The notes: generated by a model not told the origin, from the sequence alone. A stretch of 60,649 nt of DNA, filler included, from Sphacelaria rigidula (GCA_964200075.2; 10 parts of 10 records of this genome joined end to end with filler, not necessarily neighbours in it); one strand, 5' to 3'; counted from the whole stretch's first letter, positions 1 to 11,986 are shown. Made by a program: numbers and translations.

Positions 1-154
1 CCCACATGAGAGACGTATGGCAGTCCGAAATCAGCTATAACGCCCAAATCAGTCGCGTCGTGCAGCACGAAACCAGCTTTAACGGCAGTTATGATCATCG
101 TCTCCGTGCACGTTTTTGGTCGGTTTGGGGGGGAGGGCTATCTTAGCAGCAGTT
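1..154 (-). mobile_element. MITE family B, partial copy abutting a family A foldback element
   Basis: The reverse complement matches 19271-19520 and 52188-52438, including the TIR ACTGCTGCYRAGATAGCCC. Confidence 0.8.
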
Positions 155-506
155 AAATATGGTTCTATTTCTTCCCCTACTGATAGCTGTTGACAACTGC
201 TACACGCCATAGAACTTTGAATTTCGATCACCGAAATGTTGGGGTCCTAGGTGAAAAATAAACCGGAACCATTTTGGCGTCCGTTCGGACACCCGGAATT
301 CCCGAAAATGGTTTTTTCACCTAGGATCCCAACATTTCGATGATCGAAATCCAACTTTCCATGGCGCGTAGCAGTTGTCAATAGCCATCAGTGGGTGAAG
401 AAATGGAACCATATTTCACAGATTTGGTGTAGATACGAGGAATTTAATTCTCTGGGTTTCTCATCCCCAATAAAAAATCCGTCCCCAGTCTGTAATATAC
501 CGTGTT
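155..506. mobile_element. Foldback MITE family A, left arm truncated
   Basis: Long internal inverted repeat; homologous to 40540-40984 and 42078-42425; ends in ...CCGTGTT. Confidence 0.85.
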
Positions 507-2172
507 GTAAGACAATTCGGCACACTTTGGCGATTTCGCTGCGCACAGTGCGAGTTTTGATCGACAAAAAGAAATCGCGCAAACCTTGCTCGTTCGCAAG
601 GTGATCGTTCCGGGGAGTCAACTTTTTCCGCCATGTAAAGCAAATCATTCCGGGGTGACATTATCCGCGCGGTGGTCTTGTGGAAGTCGTGTTTTTCTTG
701 TTCTTCTCATCTCATTTCTTCGTCTACTGTTTGCTCTAGCTTTTCTGTTTCCCTCACTTTCTTTCAGCGATGGTTGCAGTTTTGTTTTGTCTCGGTTACG
801 TCCGTCATGTGGAAAATGACCACGGCTGAGTCCCTGGGGTATCAGTCGAAGTGCGACGATCAATAAAAAATCAATCAAATGCCGACCACAACACGCACGA
901 TTTCCACGCTACTAGAAACATCCACTTGAATTATCTGCATTTCTGCTCAACAGTATAAGAGTGTATCACCGATGAGTTAGTTGGGCATCGGCGGCTCTAA
1001 TCGCGTCCTTCTTTCCGCTGAACAAGAAGCCAGAAGATCTGGGCTTTCGATTATCCGTGAGCATTGAGGACCACTTGGAGGGTACATCCATCATCACTAC
1101 CGCTAACAGCAAAAACGATGCGCAAGCACTGCGCTGAACGCATGGTGTGTTGGATACCGCAGACACTACAATAGTCCTACAGAAATGGAAATACCGAACA
1201 GCATCAAAACCGTGGAGTGAAACGCCACGCTATATTCTCAACACCGAGCACCCTCGCTGGAAGACATGGCACCGAACCCAACACCAACTGGAGCACACGT
1301 AGCCATCCGTCATAAAAAAAAAGTAACAAATGGTTGTCAAGCGAAATACCTCCAGGCCTACGTACTAACGACCGACCACATGCCACCGAAAATAACGCGA
1401 CCCGAGCCACAGCTGCTTTTCTCAAATTTCTGCCCTCGCAGTAGCCCGTTCCCTACACAAACCCAACACACTGCCCACATAGAAGACACACAAATGGTCA
1501 TCAAGCACAAAATACGAGGGACGCGAGTTGCAAAACTACATCGCTGTGCCGCTCGCACGCTTCCCCCAATGGCACAAGAAGAGCCCCTCCACCTTGCAAA
1601 CATCACAGCCCATCCACTCTCAACAAATTTACTGGACGCCCCACCCCCGGCCCTCCCTCCCCGTCGTCTCCGTGCCCACTCGCGATAACAGCCCATCATC
1701 ATTTACTCCAATAACCTCATTTGCCACAGTACGGTCCACAGTACGGTGAAAAAACACAAGAATTAAGGCATAATAACTCGGCAATTCGGTGCTGCTCGCA
1801 ATCGAAATAACGCTCCCCCCGCCCCCCGCCCCCCCACCCATTATGACCCCTCCCCAGTCAGGTCATCAATGTGCCAGTACCTAAGACGTTAGTCTGATGC
1901 TGATTGGGAGTCAGTGTCGGGAATACTAGCAATTTCATCCCCGGCGACGTGGCCCTCCCTTACGGACTGCAACGCTTCCAGCCAATCCTTGCATACGGTC
2001 AACCATTGGTCCCTCTCCGACCCAAACGACAGAGTGTGCGCCAGGACCGTGGTCGGCATTAGTCGGAAAGTGAGTCCCCGGATCTTGAGGGTTTCCAGAA
2101 CATTCCTGAAATTTTACGAAACATCATAAAAGACAGCGAGGAAGGCACGAGGTTACCATATGTGCCCATATC

Positions 2173-2506
2173 GAGGCGACCTGAGGAAATGTACGTGAAC
2201 AATGGTTGGTACTATGGAGATGCCGCCAATTCTCATGTTAACCCCAACCCTAACCCCGACCAAGGCAAACCGAGAACCCTCGGGCAAGGGGATGCAGAGT
2301 GTTCCCTAGTCAAAATGTGCGTTGCCAGAGCTCAAATCGACGCCTTTCAGCTGATTTTGGATCAAAACACGTTCTGGACGAGCTGGGTCTACTGCTCACC
2401 ACTGCCCACCTGCCCCAGGCCATGAATTTTCTCAGAACTTTCTTGACTCTGAAATCAAGTAAAATCCAGTACCAATCATTGTTCACGTACATTTCCTTGG
2501 GTCTAC
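2173..2506. mobile_element. MITE with ~35-bp TIRs and a 10-bp flanking direct repeat (Mutator-like)
   Basis: TIR core AGGAAATGTACGTGAACAATGRTTGGTACT at both ends; TGCCCATATC at 2163-2172 and 2507-2516. Confidence 0.7.
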
Positions 2507-2921
2507 TGCCCATATCTGCCAGTGTCGACAAACCGTGAAAGCGTTTCCATCATGTACAGATGGATGCATACTGGATCGTACCCTCACTATGCTTCGCGCC
2601 AGGAGGCGGATGAATTACTACCGCTGAAAAGTGCGAAACATGATGCGAGGAGCGTGGCGCGTGTTCAGGATCGTGTCAGCTTTTTTGCAACGGTAATACA
2701 TATCCGAGCGTTTTAGGGAACAAAGCAAAAAAAGTGACCGCACTAGGGCCGTTACGATTGGGATACAGTTTGCCGAGTGCAATTAAATCTCCGCTTCCAA
2801 AGCTGCCATCCCCCCCCCCCGGCAGCCAGCCGGTGGCTAGGCCGTGAGTAGGTGCAGTTGCTCAGCAGGACCGGTCAAGCTACTGCTAACTGGAGCACTG
2901 TCATAGTTGAATATCACTCAC

Positions 2922-3019
2922 TTTCGCTTCATATTAGCGATCTCCTGCCAGAGCATTTGAGAACGCTGCCTTTCACTGTCGAGCTTGGCCTGGAGGTTCT
3001 TCAGCTCCTCTTGAAGACG
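2922..3019 (-). CDS. Probable exon of a coiled-coil protein (RLQEELKNLQAKLDSERQRSQMLWQEIANMKR)
   Basis: TGCAG acceptor and GTGAGT donor (or TGA stop at 2918-2920); heptad-like pattern; phase-0 compatible with exon 4930-5122. Confidence 0.5.
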
Positions 3020-3938
3020 CTGCACTCGCAAACGACCGTCAAAATATCGGGAAAACGAAAATTCAGGGGTGTATTCGTGTTTGTTTTGGACAGGAACTGA
3101 AGTGCGTGGCGGTGCTGAGGTCGGAGCAGACAGGGGGGTCTGGCAAAGCGACATACTTGGAGAAAAACGAAACGCTCGTCGCGAACAACAACAACAGCGT
3201 TGCAGTATGAAGCAAAATAAAAAGGGAGCTCGAATTGCAAAGCAGCCAATCACTAGGTGAGCCCCGTATACGCTGTGCGACAGAATTGTCGCAATTCACA
3301 GAGCTAGGAGCTTGTCGTGTCTGAGGATCCACGACCAAGGAAGAGAGCTATTCCCAGGGAGCACGTATGAAAGTGCCATCATGTCGAAAGTCACACGTGC
3401 TCTTCGTCACGACAGCGGCGCACCAGCCGACACGTGTTCGCAAATATTCCGCCAACGACGGCACACTTTGTTTGTAGAAAGTGTGATCACTTCACGCATT
3501 TGAGTGTTTTTTTCAACTCCGTCGCAAGCTGAACTCCCATGCGTTTCACCGGACCAACTCGATCAAATCTCCCGCGATCACCATATCCCCCCCCCCCCCC
3601 CCTCCCCCCCCCCCCCCCCCCTCCCCCCCCCCCCCCCCCCCCAACCCCCCTCNNNNNNNNTTTTTCACCCCCGTCCCAAGCTGAACCCCCCTGCGTTTTC
3701 CCGGCCCCCCCCCCTCCAACCCCCCGCCATCCCCCTTCCCCCCCCCCCCCCTCCCTACTCCACGGCGATCCGCGTCCCCCTCCCCCGGAATACCAATTGC
3801 CGGGGGGGGACAGTGCACGCACGCGTCGGCGTCCCCCCGTGAAAAGGGTGATGCGGCTCCCGGCACTAACGTCGAACGTCGGTGGGGGTTACTACTACCG
3901 GTCCCCTCTGTGTGTGAGCTTCCATCTGCGAAAGAGCG

Positions 3939-4220
3939 CTTGAGCGGCGTAGGGGGTAGCATTACTGCGTTTGCATGTGGCCTGCCTCGTCCGGCTGCCC
4001 TCGTCGCTGTCCGGTGTTAGCCCCGCGCGGCTTTCGCGTGCACGGACCGCTGGCGGAGGGTCAGCAGCTCGGGACGTTTTCCGCAGACTTGAGCGGCGTA
4101 GGGGGTAGCATTACTGTGTTTGCATATGGCCTGCCTCGTCCGGCTGCCCCCGTCTATGTCCGGTGTTAGCCCGCGCGGCTTTCGCGTACACGGACCGCCG
4201 GCGGAGGGTCAGCAGCTCGA
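3939..4220. repeat. Tandem duplication, ~149-bp unit x2
   Basis: CTTGAGCGGCGTAGGGGGTAGCATTACTG... starts at both 3939 and 4088. Confidence 0.85.
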
Positions 4221-4566
4221 GACGAGAAACTGTCGGATGCCGTATAAACGGTGCTCCGTCTAGAAAGGGATGCGTGGTCAATGGTCGAACGACTAAGGCA
4301 AGCAACAATTTAGTACATTTCACCCTCCCCCCTCCTACTCCCCCCTTTACAGCCCTTCATTATCGCGCATCGAACCACCACTACCGCAATGCGTCGACTC
4401 TCATCAAATATCATGATTCTCACCCTTGTCGACATAAATGACATATCGAAAAAATGTACTCAACCCCAGAATGCTATTCCGTACGAGTTTCGCGATGTTG
4501 ACGGAAATGTTCCGACAGGCGCATCGTACAATACGCCAGACAAGTCTTCACGGAGGCCATATCAAC

Positions 4567-4640
4567 CGGTCGCCCCGGTGACTCAGTTGATAACATCAAA
4601 ACCTTCCGACGGTTGGATCGTGGGTTCGAATCTCGGAGCG
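4567..4640 (+). mobile_element. tRNA-derived SINE head
   Basis: A-box TGACTCAGTTG and B-box GGTTCGAATC; homologous copy at 36288-36350; no intact acceptor stem. Confidence 0.65.
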
Positions 4641-4929
4641 ATCCGGGGTTATTTCTCACACAATGCCTAACAGTGAAAAGCGACTTTGTCGTGGGTACAC
4701 AAAACTCGACTTCAAGGGTCTACGAGGGAAAGGGACCGCTGAACCCCTCTCGCGGTAAGAAATGAAGGCAAGCACCGCAGAAGCAAGGGGGAGACCTTGA
4801 ACGAGAAAAAAAAGACGAATATCTTGTGAAGGCCTTTCTTCTGTATGACCCCGGCTGGTGCGCCCACATATACCGAAACGTTTATAATAGACCGACTTCC
4901 AGAATAAATGGGATGACGAAACATCGCAC

Positions 4930-5122
4930 CTCAACACTTGCGTCGATTCCTTTGACGTCCGCGCTCAGCTCGTCCCCCCTTTTGACGGCGTCATCCCTTT
5001 CCTTGACGCAGTTGCGCAGGGCGTTCGAGGCGCGGCTGCACTTGGCCCGCTCGGTGGCCAAGAGGCTGGGCACGTGAAGCGTCACCGAGTACGACAAGAT
5101 CTTGTTTTTAAACCACGAGTGC
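4930..5122 (-). CDS. Probable exon of the same coiled-coil protein (HSWFKNKILSYSVTLHVPSLLATERAKCSRASNALRNCVKERDD...)
   Basis: AG acceptor downstream of a pyrimidine tract, GAG|GTGCGA donor, GC3-rich codons. Confidence 0.55.
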
Positions 5123-5782
5123 CTTTGGTCGTAGACGTCCCCGTCATCATTGTTTCCATCGCCCAAGCCGCAGAACAGGAGGGGGGGGAAGGAGGAAAGG
5201 AACAGCACACGCGGAAGAACAAAAACGCAAGAAATAATTGAAGGAGTGTTTGAGGGCAAAACCAAAAGTGCAACACAAGTGTACTACTATGGTGTAGGGA
5301 CATCTTCTGTGTTGCTGCTGTTTTCAGAAACGTTATAATTTTACTTTGAATGAAATAATTCGTCTTGCCGCGGCCCGGGAACTTGTAGGGACGAGCAACG
5401 GCGAGGCCACTTCTCAAAGGAGCAAAAAAATCGCACAAAAAAAGCTCTTTTTCGGAGTGATGTTTCTCGAGGGGGGAAATATTGGACATGATTGAGTTGC
5501 GGATTTTATGGGCGCACGGGGCACTAATGTTTTGAGCGGTGGAGTCGTGTATACACCCAAAGAAGTACTGCACGACATCAAACGAGAGCCAGTCGTTGAA
5601 AACTCGATAGCTGCCCAGCCCGACACCACCTTCTCGACCAGGGTTGGCGTTGCTTGAAAGGGCAAGGTCTAGTGTTCGATCAAGACATGTGAAAGCTTGT
5701 CAGGGACTTGCTACGATAGCCCCTCTCAAAACAGAGGCTCGTTTGGGAAGGCACAATCTACACGTGAATCGACATGAACATG

Positions 5783-5975
5783 ACCGAGCACAACGAGCAG
5801 CTGGGAATTCCCACGCTTCGGTTTGTTTCTGTTGATGTGGCCCATATGAGGCGCTTCATGGAGCCTGAAACCCAACATCAGGCGCTGCATGAGCATTTCC
5901 TTCGTGACAATTTTGGCCTGGCTTTGGGGGGGGGGGAGTGTACTCATGATCATGCATGCCATCGTCATAAGACCA
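5783..5975 (+). repeat. Unclassified interspersed repeat
   Basis: Matches 27176-27355 (CGAGCAGCTGGGAATTCCCACGCTT...) and continues into the motif seen at 30065-30275 and, inverted, at 26295-26390. Confidence 0.7.
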
Positions 5976-6075
5976 NNNNNNNNNNNNNNNNNNNNNNNNN
6001 NNNNNNNNNNNNNNNNNNNTTAATTAATTAANNNNNNNNNNNNNNNNNNNNNNNNNNNNNNNNNNNNNNNNNNNN
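5976..6075. other. Artificial fragment spacer (N-run with TTAATTAATTAA), recurring every 6075 bp
   Basis: Identical 100-bp spacers start at 5976, 12051, 18126, 24201, 30276, 36351, 42426, 48501 and 54576. Confidence 0.98.
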
Positions 6076-6506
6076 GGCCCGGTCAGCATGCTCGCCGGAA
6101 CAACGTGCTCGCACTGGTGCTCGTGGCAAGTGCTCTCTACCAGTGCGTCCCGTGTTTCGTTCCCCTACTCTGCAGCCTGCTGCTCGCTACGAAGGGATAC
6201 TGGTGGACAGGTACACGAGCGTGTGCCCCGACAGCGCTGTCTTACTTCGAGCCAACGAGGCGACCAGTCCCCACGCATTGTCGGCACTCCGCGGATTGTC
6301 ATCACACACACATGCGCACGGGCTTCTATTGTCTACTTCTGTCACGGAGACTGGACCAAGAGGTACATGAGCTATCGAGTCCTCCGATCACGACACGCGT
6401 GTTGCTTGCGCGTCCACGAAGACATGATTCATAACCCCACACCGACCAGGCACGGTTTCGCTTGTCGACCATCGCGCTTCACCACATGACCCGTCCCGCG
6501 TCTCAC

Positions 6507-6578
6507 CACTCAGTTGATTCCCCTGAAGATTGACGTCTTCAAGCGAACCGCACTCACCCAGCTCCGGCGGAATGGCAC
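6507..6578 (-). CDS. LRR exon GAIPPELGECGSLEDVNLQGNQLS
   Basis: 72 bp, CAG|...|GTGAGA boundaries, phase 1-1, plant-specific-class 24-aa LRR. Confidence 0.92.
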
Positions 6579-7149
6579 CTGTGGCGGAAACACGCAAGAC
6601 AACAAATGTGTTATGGAGTCTCGGGAGAGGAACCCACAACTCACACGCAAGCTCCGTGTTCCCTATCCACGCGCTTGCAGGACGACTCTTGACAAGCCGG
6701 GCGACCTGTGCTCCACAAGGCCCAGTCAGCATGCTCGCCGGTACAACGTGCTCTCACTGGTGCTCGTGGCAAGTGCTCTTTACCAGTGCGTCCCGTGTTT
6801 CGTTCCCCTACTCTGCAGCCTGCTGCTCGCTACGAAGGAATACTGGTGGACAGGTGAACGAGCGTGTGCCCCGACAGCGCTGTCTCACGTCGAGCCAACG
6901 AGGCGGCCAGACCCCACGCAGTGTTGGCACTCCGACGATTGTCATCACACACACATGCGCACGTGCTTCTATTGTCTACTTCAGTCACGGAAACTGGACC
7001 AAGAGGTACATGAGCTATCGAGTCCTCCGATCACGACACGCGTGCTGCGTGCGCGTCCGCGAAGACATGATTCATAACCCCAAAACGACCAGGCACGGTT
7101 TCGCTTGTCGACCATCGCGCTTCACCACATGACCCGTCCCGCGTCTCAC

Positions 7150-7221
7150 CACTCAGTTGATTCCCCCGAAAATTGACGGACGTTAGCTCACGGCACTTCC
7201 ACAGCTCCGGCGGAATGGCAC
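7150..7221 (-). CDS. LRR exon GAIPPELWKCRELTSVNFRGNQLS
   Basis: 72 bp, canonical splice sites, phase 1-1. Confidence 0.9.
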
Positions 7222-7793
7222 CTGTGGCGGCGACACGCAGTAGGGCAAATGTGTGGCGGGCGCCTTGGGACAGCAACCCGAAACTCACACGCAAGCTCCA
7301 CGTTCCCCACCAACGCGCTGGCAGGACAACTCTCTACAAGCCCGGCGGACTCGTGCTCCACCAAGCCTGGTCAGCATGCTCGCCGGTACAACGTGCTCGC
7401 ACTGGTGCTCGTGGCAAGTGCTCTCTACCAGTGCGTCCCGTGTTTCGTTCCCCTCTCTGCAGCCTGCTGTTCGCTACGAAGGAATACTGGTGGACAGGTA
7501 AACGAGCATGTGCCCCGACAGCGCTGTCTCACGTCGAGCCAACGAGGCGACAAGTCCTCACGCAGTGTCGGAATTCCGACGATTGTCATCACACACACAT
7601 GCGCACGTGCGTCTGTTGTCTACTTCTGTCACGGAGACTGGACCAAGAGGTACATGAGCTATCGAGTCCTCCGATCACGACACGCGTGTTGCTTGCGCGT
7701 CCGCGAAGACATGATTCATAGCCCCACACCGCTCTGGCACGGTTTCGCTTCTCGACCATCGCGCTTCACCACATGACCCGTCCCGCGTCTCAC

Positions 7794-7865
7794 CACTCAG
7801 TTGATTCCCCTCAAGATTGACGGACGTTAGCTCACGGCACTCCCCCAGCTCCGGCGGAATGGCAC
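7794..7865 (-). CDS. LRR exon GAIPPELGECRELTSVNLEGNQLS
   Basis: 72 bp, canonical splice sites, phase 1-1. Confidence 0.92.
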
Positions 7866-8434
7866 CTGTGGCGGAGACACGCGATACGACGAATGTGTCA
7901 TGGGGTCTCGGAAGAGGAATCCACAACTCACACGCAAGTTACACGTTCCCCACCAACGCGCTGGCAGGACAACTCTTTACAACCCAGGCGGACCCGTGCT
8001 CCAACAGGCCCAGTCAGCATGCTCGCCGGTACGACGTGCTCGCACTGGTACTCGTGACAAGTGCTCTCTACCAGTGCGTCCCGTGTTTCGTTCCCCTACT
8101 CTGCAGCCTGCTGCTCGCTACAAAGGAATACTGGTGCACAGGTGAACGAGCGTGTTCCCCGACAGCGCTGTCTCACGTCGAGACAACGAGGCGACCAGTC
8201 CCCACGCAATGTTGGCACTCCGCGGATTGTCATCACATACACATGCGCACGTGCTTCTATTGTCTACTTCTGTCACGGAGACTGGACCAAGAGGTACATG
8301 AGCTATCGAGTCCTCCGATCACGACACGCGTGTTGCGTGCGCGTCCGCGAAGACATGATTCATAACCCCACACCGACCAGGCACGGTTTCGCTTGTCGAC
8401 CATCGCGCTTCACATGACCCGTCCCGCGTCTCAC

Positions 8435-8506
8435 CACTTAGTTGATTCCCCTGAAAATTGACGGACCTCAGCTCACGGCACTTCCCCAGCTCCGGCGGAA
8501 TGGCAC
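8435..8506 (-). CDS. LRR exon GAIPPELGKCRELRSVNFQGNQLS
   Basis: 72 bp, canonical splice sites, phase 1-1; translated by hand because it is absent from the ORF track. Confidence 0.92.
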
Positions 8507-9078
8507 CTGTGGCGGAGACACGCGATACAATGAATGTCTAATGGAGTCTCGGGGGAGGAACCCACAACTCACACGCAAGCTCCAAGTTCCCTACCAACGC
8601 GCTGGCAGGACAACTCTTTACCAGCCGGGCGGACCCGTGCTTCACCAGGCCCAGTCGGCATGCTCGCCGGTACAACGTGCTTGCACTGGTGCTCGTGGCA
8701 AGTGCTCTCCACCAGTGCGTGCTGTGTTTCGTCCCCCTACCCTGCAGCCTGCTGCTTGCTGGGAAGGAATACTGGTGGACAGGTACACGAGCGTGTGACC
8801 CGACAGCGCTGTCTCACTTCGAGCCATCAAGGCGACCAGTCCCCACGCATTGTCAGCACCTCGCGGATTGTCATCACACACACATGCGCACGTGCTTCTG
8901 TTGTCTACTTCTGTCACGGAGACTGGACCAAGAGGTACATGAGCCATCGAGTCCTCCGATCACGACACGCGTGTTGCGTGCTCATCCGCGAATACATGAT
9001 CCATAACCCCACACCGTCCAAGCACGGTTTCGTTTCTCGACCATCGCGCTTCACCACATGACCCGTCCCGCGTCTCAC

Positions 9079-9150
9079 CACTCAGTTGATTCCCCTCAAG
9101 ATTGACGGACCTTAGCTCACGGCACTTCCCCAGCTCCGGCGGAATGGCAC
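9079..9150 (-). CDS. LRR exon GAIPPELGKCRELRSVNLEGNQLS
   Basis: 72 bp, canonical splice sites, phase 1-1. Confidence 0.92.
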
Positions 9151-9722
9151 CTGTGGCGGAGACACGCGATACGATGAATGTGTAATGGAGTCTCGGGAGA
9201 GGAACCCACAACTCACACGCAAGCTCCGTGTTCCCCACCAACGCGCTGGCAGTACAACTCTTTACAAGCCGGGCGGACCCGTGCTCCACCAAGCCTGGTC
9301 AGCATGCTCGCCGGTACAACGTGCTTGCACTGGTGCTCGTGGCAATTGCTCTCTACCAGTGCGTCCTGTGTTTCTTTCCCCTACTCTGCAGCCTGCTGCA
9401 CGCTACGAAGGAATACTGGTCGACAGGTACACGAGCGTGTGACCCGACAGCGCTGTCTCACTTCGAGCCAACGAGGCGACCAGACCCCACGCAGTGTGGG
9501 CATTCCGACGACTGTCATCACACACACATGCGCACGTGCTTCTACTGTCTACTTTTGTCACGGAGACTGGACTAAGAGGTACATGAGCTATCGAGTCCCC
9601 CGATCACGACATGCGTGTTGCGTGCGCTTCCGCGAAGACATGATTCATAACCACACACCGACCAGGCACGGTTTCGCTTCTCGACCATCGCGCTTCACCA
9701 CATGACCCGTCCCGCGTCTCAC

Positions 9723-9794
9723 CACTCAGTTGATTCCCCTGAAGTTCGACGACTTCTAGGGAAGAGCACTTCCCCAGCTCCGGCGGAATGGCAT
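9723..9794 (-). CDS. LRR exon DAIPPELGKCSSLEVVELQGNQLS
   Basis: 72 bp, canonical splice sites, phase 1-1. Confidence 0.9.
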
Positions 9795-10368
9795 CTGTGG
9801 CGGAGACACGCCATACAACGAATGTGTGGTAGGCCCCTCTGGAAAACGACCCACATTCAACACGCAAGCTCCACGTTCCCTATCCACGCGCTAGTATGAC
9901 CACGCTCAACAAACCGGTCGGGCCCGTGCTCCACCAGGCCCAGACAGCATGCTCGCCGGTACAACGTGCTTGCACTGGTGCTCGTGGCAAGTGCTCTCTA
10001 CCAGTGCGTCCCGTGTTTCGTTCCCCTACTCGGCAGCCTGCTGCTCGCTACGAAGGATTACTGGTGGACAGGAAAACGAGCGTGTGCCCCGACAGCGCTG
10101 TCTCACTTCGAGCCAACGAGGCGACAGTCCCCACGCAGTGTTGGCACTCCGACGATTGTCATCACACACACACATGCGCACGTGCTTCTATTGTCTACTT
10201 CTGTCACGTAGACTGGACCAAGAGGTACATGAGCTATCGAGTCCTCCGATCACGACACGCGTGTTGCGTGCGCGTCCACGAAGACATGATTCATAACCCC
10301 ACACCGCTCTGGCACGGCTTCGCTTGTCGACCATCGCACTTCACCACATGACCCGTCCCGCGTCTCAC

Positions 10369-10440
10369 CACTCAGTTGATTCCCCTGAAGGTCGACGACT
10401 TCTAGCGAACCGCACTCACCCAGCTCCGGCGGAATGGCAC
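10369..10440 (-). CDS. LRR exon GAIPPELGECGSLEVVDLQGNQLS
   Basis: 72 bp, canonical splice sites, phase 1-1. Confidence 0.92.
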
Positions 10441-10884
10441 CTGTGGCGGAGACACGCGATACAACGAATGTGTCATGGAGTCTCGGGCGAGGAACCCACA
10501 ACTAACACGCAAGCTCCACGTTCCCTACCAACGCGCTGGCATGACAACTTTCTACAAGCCGGTCGGACCCATATTCCCCCAGGCCTGGTCAGCATGCTCG
10601 CCGGTACAACGTGCTCGCACTGGTGCTCGTGGCGAGCGCTCTTCACCAGTTTGTTCCGTGTTTCGTCTCCCTCCTCTGCAGCCTGCTGCTCGCTACGAAT
10701 GGATATTGGTGTAAACGAGCGTGTGAGACTGCACCAAGAGGTTAATCAGATATCGAGTCCTCCGATCACGACACGCGTGTTGTGTGCACGTCCACGAAGA
10801 CTTGACTCATAGCTCTACGGGGCCCAGACACGGTTTCGCTTGTCGACCATCGCGCTTCACCACGTGACCCGTCCTGCGTCTCAC

Positions 10885-10956
10885 CACTCAGTGTATTGCC
10901 CTGGAGTTTGACGACTTCTAGTGCTTCGCATTCCCCCAGCTCCGGCGGAATGGCAC
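10885..10956 (-). CDS. LRR exon GAIPPELGECEALEVVKLQGNTLS
   Basis: 72 bp, canonical splice sites, phase 1-1. Confidence 0.92.
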
Positions 10957-11399
10957 CTGTGGCAGCGACAGGCGATACAACAAATGTGTTATGGAGTCTC
11001 GGGAGAGGAACCCACAACTAACACGCAAGCTCCACGTCCCTATCCACGCGCTGGCATGACAACTTTCTACAAGCCGGACGGAACCGTGCTCCACCAGGCC
11101 CAGTTAGCATGCTCGCCGGTACAACGTGCTCGCACTGGTGCTCGTGGGAAGTGCTCTCTACCAGTGCGTCCCGTGTTTTGTTTCCCTCCTCTGCAGCCTG
11201 CTGCTCGCTACGAATGGTTTTTGGTGAAAACGAGCGAGTGAGACTAGACCCAGAGCAACATGAGCTATCGAGTCCTCCGATCACGACACGCGTGTTGCGT
11301 GCGCGTCCACGAAGACATGAGTCATAGCCCCACGGCGCCCAGACACGGTTTCGCTTGTCGACCATCGCGCTTTACCACATCACCCGTCCCGCCTCTCAC

Positions 11400-11471
11400 C
11401 ACTCAGTTGATTCCCCTCAAGATTGACGGTCCTTAGCTCACGGCATCTCCCCAGCTCCGGCGGAATGGCAC
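11400..11471 (-). CDS. LRR exon GAIPPELGRCRELRTVNLEGNQLS
   Basis: 72 bp, canonical splice sites, phase 1-1; translated by hand. Confidence 0.92.
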
Positions 11472-11914
11472 CTGTTGCAGCGACAGGCGATATAACAAAT
11501 GTGTTATGGAGTCTCGGGAGAGGAAGCCACAACTAACACGCAAGCTCCACGTCCCTATCCACGCGCTGGCATGACAACTCTCTACAAGCCGGTCGGAGCC
11601 ATATTCCCCCAGGCCTGGTCAGCATGCTCGCCGGTACAACGTGCTCGTACTGGTGCTCGTGGCGAGCGCTCTTCACCAGTTTGTTCCGTGTTTCGTTTCC
11701 CTCCTCTGCAGCCTGCTGCTCGCTACGAATGGATATTGGTGTAAACGAGCGTGTGAGACGGCACCAAGAGGTTTATCAGCTATCGAGTCCTCCGATCACG
11801 ACACGCGTGTTGTGTGCACGTCCACGAAGACTTGACTCATAGCTCTACGGGGCCCAGACACGGTTTCGCTTCTCGACCATCGCGCTTCACCACATGACCC
11901 GTCCCGCGTCTCAC

Positions 11915-11986
11915 CACTCAGTTTATTGCCCTGGAGTTTGACGACTTCTAGTGCTTCGCATTCCCCCAGCTCCGGCGGAATGGCAC
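11915..11986 (-). CDS. LRR exon GAIPPELGECEALEVVKLQGNKLS
   Basis: 72 bp, canonical splice sites, phase 1-1. Confidence 0.92.

Noticed and set aside
3487..3962. Poly-Pro/poly-Gly (extensin- or formin-like) ORFs
   Set aside because: They arise from poly-C runs around an N gap, probably low-quality sequence; the same applies to 36451-36560 and 48400-48500.
4567..4640. Functional tRNA gene
   Set aside because: A and B boxes are present but the acceptor stem does not pair and the two copies differ in the anticodon loop; called a SINE head instead.
6020..6031. TTAATTAATTAA as a biological motif
   Set aside because: It is an all-frame stop linker inside the regular N spacers.
6579..7149. V(D)J-type recombination signal sequences in the LRR introns
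   Set aside because: I found no CACAGTG heptamer with a properly spaced nonamer; the CAC-rich tracts look like simple repeats.
6088..11842. Repeated 70-200 aa plus-strand ORFs in the ORF track
   Set aside because: They are antisense readings of the repeated introns; frames break differently among copies and no domain is recognisable.
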